A DNA stretch of 63,933 bases, filler included, from Octopus bimaculoides (GCF_001194135.2; 10 parts of 10 records of this genome joined end to end with filler, not necessarily neighbours in it); one strand, 5' to 3'; shown: positions 11,650 to 24,518, counted from the whole stretch's first letter. Numbers and translations are program-made. The notes: generated by a model from the sequence alone, not told the origin.

Positions 11650-13427
11650 GCACATACGGTCGTGCGACATTGACAGGAAGAACAAACAAGATTTTCATTG
11701 TAGTAATGATACATTTCATTCTTTCTACAGCGCTGAAGTGCATGCCGAATGCCGTGTACTGTTCGGAGAAATAATTAGCACTTGCAGTATTTTAGACGGA
11801 CATTTTATTTGCATTAAACACGGCTAGTTAATACAAAATATATCGCGTCAATTTCTATACAATACTGCTACGCGTAACATTCACTTCAATGTTTCCTTTC
11901 TTTTACCATTACATTTTGTGTTAGCGTAAATCAACATTTCTTGGAACGCAAATATCAAACTTTTTCTCTTGATGATAAAATAGAAAGAATATACAAATAA
12001 ATGCCGTGCACTTTTCAATCTGTATAGGATCAAGTAATTTAAAATGCATCACATCAGAAGATAATTGAAGAAAGTATCTCGAAAATTGCACCTTTGCAAT
12101 ATCCGACGATGTCATTGTCAATCTCAACATTACATAGGGTGGCAAAGTGCATGATTAAATTCAATTATTTTCCATATGTTCAAATCAACTTTTCTTCTTC
12201 TCGCAGTCGTAATATGTATCCATTGTTCACAAAGTAAATGCCATCCAACTTGGAAAATAGTCAACGCATCTTTCAATTATATAGGTGCGAATTTGATGTT
12301 AGGAACAAGAAGCGATATGGAAATTACCGTCTCTCGCTGAAGTTACATTGAACTTCACTTAACTATAATAATCAACAGAAACTAAAGAAACATTAGGCTG
12401 TTCTTTATCTGTTACTGATTACGTAAACTAAGCCGAGTTCACAATAAACATTAATATTACTACACCTTCGCTTCACAAACAATTATTTTTCTGCTTATTT
12501 TACTTATTTTTCCACTTTGAATTAGAAAGAAACACGTCGCCAACGAAATAATTATTATTCCCATGCTGATGCTTAATTCCTAAAATCTCATATATGATGC
12601 GCCAGCTAATTTTTTTTTGTGTGGGAAACACTTTGTTAGCCATGCTAATATTATTTTGAATGACATTTCTTTACATACAGTGAAAGAGCTAAAGCAATTA
12701 TCAAAAAAATATCTTTTCATATGAAATATATATGTACGTAAGAAATAAAGCAAACACCCGCACACAACAATATATATATAAGCGAGCACATACCTACATA
12801 TACACACACGTATACATGCATGTACTTTCAAATACACATATACACAAATACACACACACACGTACACATGTATATTTATGCATGCATATACACATCAAAA
12901 GCATACAAACTCAGCGACAAAAGTCAGAGTGACTAGTGGTTTCTATTTGAACAACACAAACATATAGAGTTACCTTAAATACAATGCAACACATCCATGA
13001 TTTATTGAACTATTCTATCTCTCTAGCAAAAGTCACAGAAGCATATTAATATCACTTTTCTTTCTATATAACGAAATCATAAGACAATTATGAATATATT
13101 TTTAAGGGGAATACATACAACTACTCATATTTACACATAAATACACACATCCATCTATCTGCCTGTCTGTCTGTCTGTTTATCTATGTATCTATCTATCT
13201 ATCTATCTATCTCTTTATCTGTGTATTTTTCTGTGTATATTTGTATATATGCATAGGCGTATTCCCGTTGGCTAGAGGAGACAACGTGGAAACTATTCCA
13301 GTAACCATCCCAATTAATGTTAGGTTGCCGAAGCTCCGGTGATTTACTCATCAGCGACAGGAAACTCTACGGGCCTTATCACATCGAATACGCAGTTCTG
13401 TATAAATAGATTAACAGAATTGAACAA

Positions 13428-13662
13428 AAGGCGAGCTGGCAGAAACGTTAGCACGTCGGGCGAAACGCTTAGTGGTATTTCGTTTGCTGTTACGTTCTGA
13501 GTTCAAATTCTGCCGAGTTCGACTTTGCCTTTCATCATTTCGGGGTCGATAAATTAAGTACCAGTTACGCACTGGGGTCGATCTAATCGACTTAATAACT
13601 TTGCCTTTCCTTCTTCGTCCCCTCTATGTTTAGCCCCTTCTGGGTAATAAAGAAATAAGAAA
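13428..13662 (+). mobile_element. tRNA-headed SINE family A, full length
   Basis: GGCGAGCTGGCAGAAACGTTAGCAC (A box), GTTCAAATTC (B box), GACTTTGCCTTTCATCATTTCGGGGTCGATAAATTAAGTACCAGTTACGCACTGGGGTCGAT; multiple homologues in the window. Confidence 0.9.
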
Positions 13663-14094
13663 TGAGCAAACAAATCATACATATGCCACGGAGCATAGAC
13701 ACTATCAACTATTCCAACACAGAAAACTACAGCCCTATAGGATAATATACAACACATATTCTTTATTTATTGAAGGTATCTAACTTGCTACAAAATGTAT
13801 CAAGATTATCAAATACCAATGTGGCTAGAGCATTTTAGAGATAATCTCAGGAATCAAGATATCTTCTACGGTTGAATGCCATTAATTTAAAGACATGGTT
13901 ATCGACGGAGGAGATTCGTTTCGCATCTCGCACAACCAGGCGCCATTGAAATTTACAAGAAGCTTTAGAACATATTCATGTTGAAGTAAGAAGCTTATAC
14001 AAACATACAGCCTAATGTATAAATACATACATACATACATACAAACACACCCGCGCGCACATACACACACACACACACACATATACATAGGGAT

Positions 14095-14285
14095 AATTCA
14101 CAAAAAATAACAGACAAAGACAAGTGGTGTAGAAAACAAACAGATGCATTAGTATAACGCTCGGGAATGAAAAAGTCTTTAATGTTTCGAACCTACGTTC
14201 TTCCACAGAAAGGAACACAGAAAGAAATAAGGAAAGTAACAAGGAGAGAAAAAAAATATGTGTAGTGGTTAGCGATCTTTCATGA
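14095..14285 (-). mobile_element. Penelope-like terminal repeat fragment
   Basis: The reverse complement matches 270-400; flanked by microsatellites. Confidence 0.6.
14177..14212 (-). ncRNA. Minimal type I hammerhead ribozyme-like motif (variant core)
   Basis: Minus strand: CTTT-CTGTGGA-A-GAAC-GTAG-GTTC-GAAAC-AT-T-AAAG. Perfect 4-bp stems I and II; the stem III G is replaced by A. Confidence 0.55.
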
Positions 14286-14292
14286 CGAATGC

Positions 14293-14330
<38 letters not shown>

Positions 14331-15594
14331 NNNNNNNNNNNNNNNNNNNNNNNNNNNNNNNNNNNNNNNNNNNNNNNNNNNNNNNNNNNNNNNNNNNNNN
14401 NNNNNNNNNNNNNNNNNNNNNNNNNNNNNNNNNNNNNNNNNNNNNNNNNNNNNNNNNNNNNNNNNNNNNNNNNNNNNNNNNNNNNNNNNNNNNNNNNNNN
14501 NNNNNNNNNNNNNNNNNNNNNNNNNNNNNNNNNNNNNNNNNNNNNNNNNNNNNNNNNNNNNNNNNNNNNNNNNNNNNNNNNNNNNNNNNNNNNNNNNNNN
14601 NNNNNNNNNNNNNNNNNNNNNNNNNNNNNNNNNNNNNNNNNNNNNNNNNNNNNNNNNNNNNNNNNNNNNNNNNNNNNNNNNNNNNNNNNNNNNNNNNNNN
14701 NNNNNNNNNNNNNNNNNNNNNNNNNNNNNNNNNNNNNNNNNNNNNNNNNNNNNNNNNNNNNNNNNNNNNNNNNNNNNNNNNNNNNNNNNNNNNNNNNNNN
14801 NNNNNNNNNNNNNNNNNNNNNNNNNNNNNNNNNNNNNNNNNNNNNNNNNNNNNNNNNNNNNNNNNNNNNNNNNNNNNNNNNNNNNNNNNNNNNNNNNNNN
14901 NNNNNNNNNNNNNNNNNNNNNNNNNNNNNNNNNNNNNNNNNNNNNNNNNNNNNNNNNNNNNNNNNNNNNNNNNNNNNNNNNNNNNNNNNNNNNNNNNNNN
15001 NNNNNNNNNNNNNNNNNNNNNNNNNNNNNNNNNNNNNNNNNNNNNNNNNNNNNNNNNNNNNNNNNNNNNNNNNNNNNNNNNNNNNNNNNNNNNNNNNNNN
15101 NNNNNNNNNNNNNNNNNNNNNNNNNNNNNNNNNNNNATATATATATATATATATATATATATACGCACGTATAGATACGCTCTCACACACGCACATCCAC
15201 GTATATGGGGATACACATACAACTAGATACACGGGCATACACACACGTATTGATAAATACATACACGCACAAACACACTCACACATATACACAAACTCAA
15301 GGATACTTGTATATATCACAACATATCATATATACATTTATATACATATCGCATTATGAACTCAGATATGTATATGGTTGTATGTATGTGTATATATATA
15401 TNNNNNNNNNNNNNNNNNNNNNNNNNNNNNNNNNNNNNNNNNNNNNNNNNNNNNNNNNNNNNNNNNNNNNNNNNNNNNNNNNNNNNNNNNNNNNNNNNNN
15501 NNNNNNNNNNNNNNNNNNNNNNNNNNNNNNNNNNNNNNNNNNNNNNNNNNNNNNNNNNNNNNNNNNNNNNNNNNNNNNNNNNNNNNNNNNNNNT

Positions 15595-15826
15595 TATTCA
15601 TATTATTTACATTTGACAAATATTTGTCCTCATCTTTTTTGTTCTTAACACAACGTTTCGGCTGAAATACCCGCCAGCCTTCAACAGGTATCTTAGGGAA
15701 ATTTCGAACTTGGCTATATCAGCTGAACCGTTGTGTTAACAAAAAGCAAGATGAGTACAAAATTCCCTCAAATGTAAATAATGTAAATAATGTACATAAT
15801 TCCTCATCTCTTAAATATAGCACTGT
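15595..15826 (-). mobile_element. Penelope-type non-coding element with inverted terminal-repeat segment
   Basis: Inverted arms at about 15617-15664 and 15717-15764, and a hammerhead motif at 15647-15692. Confidence 0.65.
15647..15692 (-). ncRNA. Minimal type I hammerhead ribozyme motif (variant core)
   Basis: Minus strand: GATAC-CTGTTGA-A-GGCTG-GCGGGTATTT-CAGCC-GAAAC-GT-T-GTGTT. Perfect 5-bp stem II, 5-bp stem I with two G.U pairs, palindromic ACGT stem III. Confidence 0.7.
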
Positions 15827-16983
15827 AATATATATATATATATATATAAAAAACATAGATGACCACACATAAACCATGATGTGTTGCACAAACTATATAA
15901 ATTTAAGTAGACGCAATTATTTATAAACACACTGTGTCTGTTTCAAATATTAGCCCCCTCTAAAGTGATTGCAATTTCGTCAGACTTTTCATGAGCTTAT
16001 TTGTGTAGACTACAAAATGGAGCTACTTCATTGATGGGAACGGTACATTTACGTTTTCTACGCAGAAACTTAATAATGATAGAATATAACTGCATCACCC
16101 ACGGTGCTTTTACCTTCTCAGCTGTTCATGCTATTATGTCAATCTTTTCTAGATATTAGAATACTTTAAAACGGAACTTAACATATTCCTCAAGTATTTT
16201 GACGTCACATTTCAGAGCAAATGAGTTTCTTACAACTTAATCTTTCCATCAAGTATATGCGTACATACATGCACACATGCAAACATTCTTACGTACATAC
16301 AAATACATACACAACAAATAATATTATATATATGTGTGGGTGTGTGTGTGTGCGTTTGTGTATTAGTGCATGCACTTGTAGGTTCAAGTGTATATGAGAA
16401 AGCTTCGTTGCTTAATAAATTTCATCCAATTTAATAGTGCAGAACCAAAGTCACAATAAAGAAAAACCATGGAATTTTGGAAACATTTATTATTAAGTGC
16501 AATGGAATCGTTGATTCAATGTTTCACCATTATGTATGATTTACAAAGGGCATTTAAACATGTTAACAGCTTTGCTTAAATCTAAATTTAAACGTGATTT
16601 CTCACAATTATAGTGAGACGTATTACTGGAAAAGGAAGGTTTGTATTATTTAACAGGAAATTGCAATTGTTATATTGGATATACGGCGGATGTCCACGCT
16701 AAGGAATGAAATATTGAAGCTGGTCAGTGATAATGGCAGGTTTTGTGTCAGAAAGCTATTTACACGGAACTATGTATTTATATGTGTGTTCATTTATATA
16801 TTCACACACGCTCTAACACACACATACACACACACACATTGCAGACGTGTATACATGCAGACATACACATATGTATAAGTACACGTAATTAACTATATTG
16901 TTAAATACATAGGATTATACACTTATACGCAGGCACAGACAGTGTATAAGCATATATGTGCGCGCGTGTATATATATATATAT

Positions 16984-17028
<45 letters not shown>

Positions 17029-17449
17029 TACATATAGATACCCACATATACAAAATATATATATATATGCATACACACATTTATACATATCTGAGTTTAT
17101 AATAAAACATTGCCCGGCATATCAAGTTATCGAATCTATGAACGTGAAATAAGAGAACTGGAATATCAATAGAAATTACTGATTACGAATATGGTGTTGA
17201 ATTTACTGTCTGCAAAACCGAGATTACTGAAATAGAATATGCTGAGTGGACGATTGTCTCAGACAACTTTAGTAGTACATTTGTTGTCGCTTTGCTGATT
17301 AGAAAGTATACATTGCGCAAGAAGCCTTTCATGAATGAATGTTGCGAAACTAAATTTACATCGAAGTTTGATGGTAGAAGTAGGTGAAAAAAAACGTGTA
17401 CATAAAGAGTTATATTATTGAAGAACAAATAAGTAGGCTACAGCTAGCC

Positions 17450-17760
<311 letters not shown>

Positions 17761-18154
17761 TTTTTCCATCTATCTGCTTATCTGGCTAGCTCATTCGCCA
17801 CTCTCTCTCCTCAATAAACTCTGTATGTGTCTGTATTTGTTTTCGGTACCATATTGCCACAACTTAGGTAGCATTTACAGAAATAATCAAAATTTCGAGA
17901 AAGTATTCTAATCTATAAGCTTTACGTGACCGGAAAGAACACGTGCATTCCTTTCTTCATCTTTATTTTTTTCTCTTTTCTTTCAGATGAGGAAAGTTTT
18001 TTTTTTTTTCCATCCGTTTCTCCCCTCTTCCTGACAGTAAAGCTAATACAATCTCTTTGGTTTGTTTTACTTCGTCTTCCTCATATATATATTGCACTGC
18101 ACACAGACATGTATATACATATATGTATGTGTGTATAAATGTGTGTGTGTGTGT

Positions 18155-18194
<40 letters not shown>

Positions 18195-18599
18195 ATGTGT
18201 CCATGTATTCTTATAAAAGCTAGGAATTTTACGACCGAGTACATTCGGACGTGAGAAGGTCTTCCACTGCGATATTAGTTCCGGGAGAATATCCTACTCT
18301 TAGACAAAGTGCGAATGAATATCACTGAATCGTAGGGTGATTGTTTTTTGGTAGTTGAATATGTGAAACATCACACAACTGTATCCGTCATGCGATCACA
18401 GAACGTCATTCATCGTCCACCGGACTGGAGCACAATTTTTCATTCTAACTTGAAAAATGTTTATGCAAACCAACAAACGTACTCTCTGCTGTTTCAATAT
18501 AGAAATGAATTCATTTTTATGGGGTTGTAAATTATAATTTAGTGTTACTAGTTGACGATGCAACAGAACACAGGGAGGGGATACAGCAAGAATGAGCCT

Positions 18600-18970
18600 T
18601 GAGATCAGAAAACAAAAATAGAAAAGACACTCTGACCAGTAGGCATAGTCAAAATTTAATGAAATGAGGACTTAGGCAAGTGGAACAATTGAGAAGGACC
18701 CAGTAACTTTGGAAGAGTGGTGAGAAGAGGATGCCAAGAGCATGCAGATGGCAATACCGCAAGACCAACGGTGTGGTAGAATGAACATCGGAGAAGAAAA
18801 ACCAACTGGCCTCTCGAATGAATTGATTATAAACACTAAGGTGTCTTGAATATAGGGCACCTTAAACATCTGGACAGCTTAAAATATAGATCACACAATG
18901 AAGTACTAGAAGGGGTGTTAAAGAATTGCCTGTACGCGACGCAGCTCCCTTAGTGTGTAAGTAGGTAAGG
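18600..18970 (+). mobile_element. Possible decayed LINE (RTE-like) 3' end
   Basis: Purine-rich, stop-interrupted frame ending ...LKNCLYATQLP*, followed by GTGTAAGTAGGTAAG, which resembles the short-repeat tails of RTE elements. No catalytic motif is visible. Confidence 0.3.
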
Positions 18971-19142
18971 GCCGACACGCTTCTTTGAAATGGTGGTGGC
19001 CTTCTCAAAAGTCCATGTGCAGCTCGGATCACCCTAAAATTTCTTGTTACTAGAAAGAACACTCTGCTTTGTATTTTGAAATGTAGAACTCTTTCATGAA
19101 AGCAGCTTCTTTATAATGTTTACGCACACACATGCACGCACG

Positions 19143-19183
<41 letters not shown>

Positions 19184-19517
19184 GCACACACACACGCGCG
19201 CACATACACACACACATACACCATAGGGAATCCTTAAACAAGCTTCACCTATTCTTGTCAGTGAAGATTTAAAAAGCTTTCAAGCTAATGCAATTAGACA
19301 AAACAAATAGAAATGATGATATAACAACAGAGATGATAAGTGTGGAGGTAAATGCATCTGAAGTCATCTCTTTACACCCTTTGATTGGTATCTGAAGCCA
19401 TGTAAAATGGCAGCACTATGAAACGAAGTGAATTTCCTCTTGATTCATATGAAATTTGATACAAAATGCTTCAGAAACTATTGTACAGTATGCCTGTTGT
19501 ACAAGATAATCAATATA

Positions 19518-19691
19518 TCAGGCTGAGTAAAAAGTAAGCAACGATTAGAAACATGAAATTCATCACAATATATTTCAACAATGCGGAAATTTTAATCATC
19601 AAAATAAGGGCCATTTCAATAAGCGTATCTTTGCCAACGAATTACAAGTTTGGGGCTGATGAAAATGTTGCTTACATTTTACTCAACCTGT
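19518..19691. mobile_element. Tc1/mariner-type MITE (about 174 bp)
   Basis: TIRs CAGGCTGAGTAAAAAGTAAGCAAC and GTTGCTTACATTTTACTCAACCTG (22/24 match), TA on both sides. Confidence 0.8.
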
Positions 19692-21959
19692 TATATTGAT
19701 GACAAGCAACCGAGCGAGCAACAGGTCTATTTCCTTGAGAAGCACTGTAGATGAATCTTATATTCACTATAACACAACTTATTTAGCACATTATATACAG
19801 CCCTCTACAAATTAACTTGGTTTTGAGGGAAATGTAATCTGAGTATCCTATTATCATGTGACAAATTATTTGGTCAATTAAAAATGAACAACAAAAATAT
19901 TTTGAAAACGAGAAATATGTCGTGACGAACAAATAGGAATTATTGGTGAAAAATATTTTAGAAATAAAATTCTTCCAAGTACTATCATGATGCAAAGTCT
20001 ATACCCAAACGTCAGCGGATCACGCTTGAAGAATGGTTCAGAATATTGTATTTCATCGTCTAATACCCAATTACTGTGATAAATAGGTTCTTGTCAATGC
20101 CGACGAAATGTTATCCCTACGCATTTTAATGACTATCTCCTCTTTGTAACATCAAGCCAGATAATCGTATCCATGTTTGTACTGTTAATTAAATCTTTCA
20201 CTATGTAGTCGTTAATAGCAAAAGTAATTAACACATTAGGCAAATAATCATACAGAGTACTAAGGGCCATTTCTCCACACATGATGGAATTATTGCCTAC
20301 TTTGTACCTACTATAAAATTTGCTTGCTCACTCTCGTTCTGAATATAATATACATTGCTGAAAATTCACAGCCATCATATTATACCCAAACATAAAATAA
20401 ATGCTTATGAACAACAGCTCTCGACTTTTTCCTTACTATATCTTCTTATGGAATGTTTAACGATATATCATAGTTAGAACTACTTCTATTTTAAGGATCT
20501 ATTTCTTTCAAGTGGTAAATTTGTTTCGAGAACAGGAAATTATTTTCGAATAATCAGATGTGTGCTCACGGTGCTTTTTATCCGTGAGATAAAAGTGTAG
20601 ATTACCGATTTCGTTTTAGGCAGGTAGACTTATGATTCGTTTCAATGTTAAATTCTATAGAGGACATATCTAGGAAAACCCTGATTTGTTTATATGTAAT
20701 AAGCCGTAGACGATTATCCTCATATATGAAATACCTTGGATCAAATTCCGATAAATATGCTTTCCCAAAACTCATGTATGTCTTAAGTTTTCGAATTCAG
20801 CAAAAATGATAATAAAATTATTATGCAAAGCAACTTACTCAACTGCGAGATATAAGTATTTGAATGGAAATCTTTTGGGAAGATAGAATTACAGAACGGT
20901 GACCAAGTTGAAAGAAACGAAAGTAGCAATCGTTAGGAGTTCATGAAAATAACTTATGAAAATGAACGCTGAGTCATTGCATGATGCGCCGGGATGCGTA
21001 CCAACTAAAGGTGAAATAATTGTGCTGCACGGAAACAAATTTATTAAGTACTTGAGCATTGCCGGGTCGGGTTCCATAATAATCAGTCAGTAAGAAAACT
21101 AGTCTAATGAGTCCCTTGATTTCAAGCAATAGTTACGGAAATGTCCTAAAAATATTCTCATTTATTTTCTCATATTTTCATTTGCATTAGTGATAGAAAA
21201 CCACGTGCGATGATGCATTTAGTCCATTTTGCTAACGCACATAAATACACCACCGTATTATAATAGCTTCCTTTGGAAAACGGTGTCGGGGAATATCTAA
21301 TTAGCTACTAATAAAATAAATTTGAATATTTGAACATTATTATAAATCACCTGCAACTCATTGGGTAAATTAGCAAATTTTTAATCATATCTTGGAGATG
21401 TTACATCTTGTAGAAACAGGAAGGCCTTATCGGTCACTAATCACTTAAGAATATATTGAAGAAATATCCGAAACTCCTTTTCTTTGTTTTAACGAGTTTT
21501 ATGGAAATGAATTTCAACGCAATAGAAAGAGAAAATTTGTCTCTATGAAGAAGTGGTCTTCCTTTTGTAAGCGCTGAAGAATTGCTACAGTCAAAGTATG
21601 CATTAAATCATCTCCAGTACAGGTTTGTAAGGTTAGGGGAGGATATATTAGATTTATTAATGATAGTCACACAAAATGCATAACCAAAAAATCGAATATC
21701 TGTTGGCAATATTTTAAAAGCACTCGATAAACAATTCTTTCAAATTTTTGGCATGCAGATGTTTTGCCATATATGTATACTTGTATGCTTGCATATGCGT
21801 ATGTATCATCAATTCACACCCACTGTTTAGCTTTTTTTGGCAGATGATATTTTTATAACTTCGGTGGGTGTGAAATATTCCGTGTAGATGAAAGTCAATA
21901 GACGGAAACAATATAGAACTGCCCGGCTGTGGCATGTAATTTTAATTGTAGAAGCTCTT

Positions 21960-22070
21960 TGGGCATTGCATTTTTACCCCGGTTCCACTGTTCCTGCCAC
22001 TTTTGGAACCTCACTTGAAAGCCGTTTTCTGTAAGCGAGTCGACGACATTTACGAGTCCTTTGATGTGAA
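21960..22070 (-). mobile_element. Possible mariner-type internal fragment
   Basis: TTGGAACCTCACTTGAAAGCCGTTTTCTGTAAGCGAGTCGACGAC resembles the antisense of mariner transposase 3' regions; pattern recognition only. Confidence 0.3.
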
Positions 22071-23597
22071 ATATGTCTAATATTACGTATCATTGAGAGA
22101 TAACGACCGTCATTACTCTTAGAATTTCTCTTTGGCCTTATACACGCAACGGTGTTCCCCCGAGACTTAATAAAACAAAGTATTTCACAAAATATATTTT
22201 AATTTGCTACGTAACATTTCAATGATATCTGATTCGACAGCTTTACAGACAAAAATACCTATTGAAAATCTAATAATATTATTCAATAGGATTATATATA
22301 TACGCAAAAATAATTAGATATTCAATAATTGTTTCAAATAAAAAACGATAGCATACATGTGTAGCTTCACAACCCTACCACCTTAAAATTAACTGAATCT
22401 ACCTGATATTTTAACATTGATTTCAATATTCAAATGTAGGTATGACTGAGGTAACATGTGAAACTCTAACCTCATTAAACAAAAGTTAGATACTTGCATA
22501 ATGTAAGCATAATTGTAACATTAAATCATGATAATGTTATCATATCAAAAATCCACTGTTCAAATATTTCATATGAACACATTTGCATACCAACATTGAA
22601 CAAATATGGAAAGATAAAGTATTATTGTTCCGAAAGAACATTTCTAAAACAAAAAAAACTTATCTATGAATAGAACAAACACCACACAATATCGTCGTCT
22701 TCTTACTTACCCGCTGACAGATATCAGGTTCAGGAAGTTATTCTTACACGAATAAAATCTTCTTTATTGTACATGGAATCGAAAAACAAATCTCGCAAAT
22801 TTCTGTAAGACATGAAGATAGTAATCCAGACATTCAATATAGAAACAAGACGAAAAATCATGAAAATAAACGAAAATTGCGTACGTCTTCATTAAACTCA
22901 CCAAATAGCCACAACGTTTCAAATCATAGGCAACGCAGTAATATTGTTACAAACATTAACGGTGAGTAGCTGACGTTTATTTAATTACGTAATAAATATA
23001 CATTTCTTACTGCGTAAACAATCTACTCCAACGTACTTCCAAACCCCATATGTTTTAGGGACATCGGTTCTCTTCTAAATTTCTAGCAAGCCAAAGGTCA
23101 TTGGGCAAGCAAATCCACTCGTTTCGTTTGACTACGCAGTAATAATTATGACACCAAGCGTATAACCCAGTGAATAATAAACTATAAAAACATACTATAA
23201 CACATTTTAAATCATTCTTCCAGTATGAGGGTAATAAATCTTGAACGGCATCGATAACATTAACATAAACACCGAGGTGTGATTTATATTTAAGAGGGAG
23301 TGTCGTTATAGGGGAATCCCCTCACCAAAAAAAAAAAAGAAAAGCTACATAAAATCCCTATCGAATAAAGAAACTAAATTAAGTCTTGAAACTGAACTCG
23401 CAATGGAAAAAAAAAGACAATCACGAATACGTTAAAATTAGAGCCCGCACAAAGAAGAAGAAAATATTTAAAAAAATACATACCGTCACGACATAACTAA
23501 GGAAGGAAACAGATAAAATAGAACATAGGAAGACGGAAATTGTCAACTATAAACATAAAACACTGAAATGGATATAAACGTTGAGACACTATGCAAG

Positions 23598-23832
23598 TAC
23601 GAGGTGCTATAAAGTTCCCAGACTAGTTCTACTGCACGCCAGTAGATGTTAGCACGCGATGCCATGCGCAATGAGAGCTAGCTGTGAATTCATGGGGCAG
23701 TGTACAAAGCTGTTTTTACTTAGCAAATTGAGAAATGTGTGTTTCTGTGATCATGTGTATACTGTAGTTTGCGATGTTTGTCACGGACACGAAAATGGAA
23801 CAAAGAACCAACGTGAAATTTTGCGTTAAACA
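23598..23832 (+). mobile_element. Mariner 5' end remnant
   Basis: TA|CGAGGTGCTATAAAGTTCCCAGACT TIR-like start; ATG at 23795 encodes MEQRTNVKFCVK, a typical mariner transposase N-terminus. Homologous to 35789-36030. Confidence 0.75.
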
Positions 23833-24129
23833 TGAATCATGATTGTAAAATCTTCATAATACAACTTACTTCATATATTACGAATGTTATCTGGACCGCA
23901 TTCTAATGAAATGTAAAGAAAATGCAGCAAAATAGTTTAGGAGGCAAACATAAACACCAACACAAACAAACATACATACAAATCGTCGTTCACATATAAG
24001 CAGACACACAAACACACTGGTTTATTTCAACTCCCAAAATTTGTTTTGTGAATCCAAATTAAATGAGACTAAACAGAATTAGCACCAACTGTTATTTGTG
24101 TCAGTAGTATAATACACACACACACACGC

Positions 24130-24162
<33 letters not shown>

Positions 24163-24197
24163 TACATACACACATATATATATTTATATATAAATAA

Positions 24198-24359
24198 GTG
24201 GAGGCGCAATGGTCCTCAATTCCCAAACGGGGTGTTGTGAGTGTTTATTTGGCGAAAACACCTAAAGCTACACGATGCTTCAGGAGGAGGTGGTGGCGAA
24301 CCCTGCAGTATTTTTTCACCACGACTTTCTCCAACTCTTTTCCCCTCTACCTTTATTTC
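24198..24359 (+). mobile_element. SINE family D head fragment
   Basis: GTGGAGGCGCAATGG...CACCTAAAGCT...GGTGGTGGCGAACCCTGC shared with 33125-33200 and 44283-44530. Confidence 0.6.
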
Positions 24360-24459
24360 NNNNNNNNNNNNNNNNNNNNNNNNNNNNNNNNNNNNNNNNN
24401 NNNTTAATTAATTAANNNNNNNNNNNNNNNNNNNNNNNNNNNNNNNNNNNNNNNNNNNN
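24360..24459. other. Assembly gap marker: 44 N + TTAATTAATTAA + 44 N (also at 31591, 47644, 50676, 51996, 53745, 59554, 61457, 62768)
   Basis: The same 12-mer, with stop codons in all six frames, is embedded in short N gaps nine times. Confidence 0.9.
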
Positions 24460-24518
24460 AAAACAAGACAGGAAAACAAACGGAAAAGAAAACAAGACAG
24501 GAGAACAAACGGAAAAGG
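24460..24518 (+). repeat. 29-bp tandem duplication
   Basis: AAAACAAGACAGGAAAACAAACGGAAAAG followed by AAAACAAGACAGGAGAACAAACGGAAAAG. Confidence 0.8.

Noticed and set aside
13340-13360. CTGATGAG on the minus strand as a possible hammerhead
   Set aside because: No GAAA or stem II/III at a compatible distance.
13428-13512. SINE heads as tRNA genes (also 36229, 50763, 53291)
   Set aside because: They have A/B boxes but no complete cloverleaf and continue into SINE bodies.
20889-21077. 62-aa minus-strand ORF in a GC-richer patch
   Set aside because: No family signal or convincing splice context.
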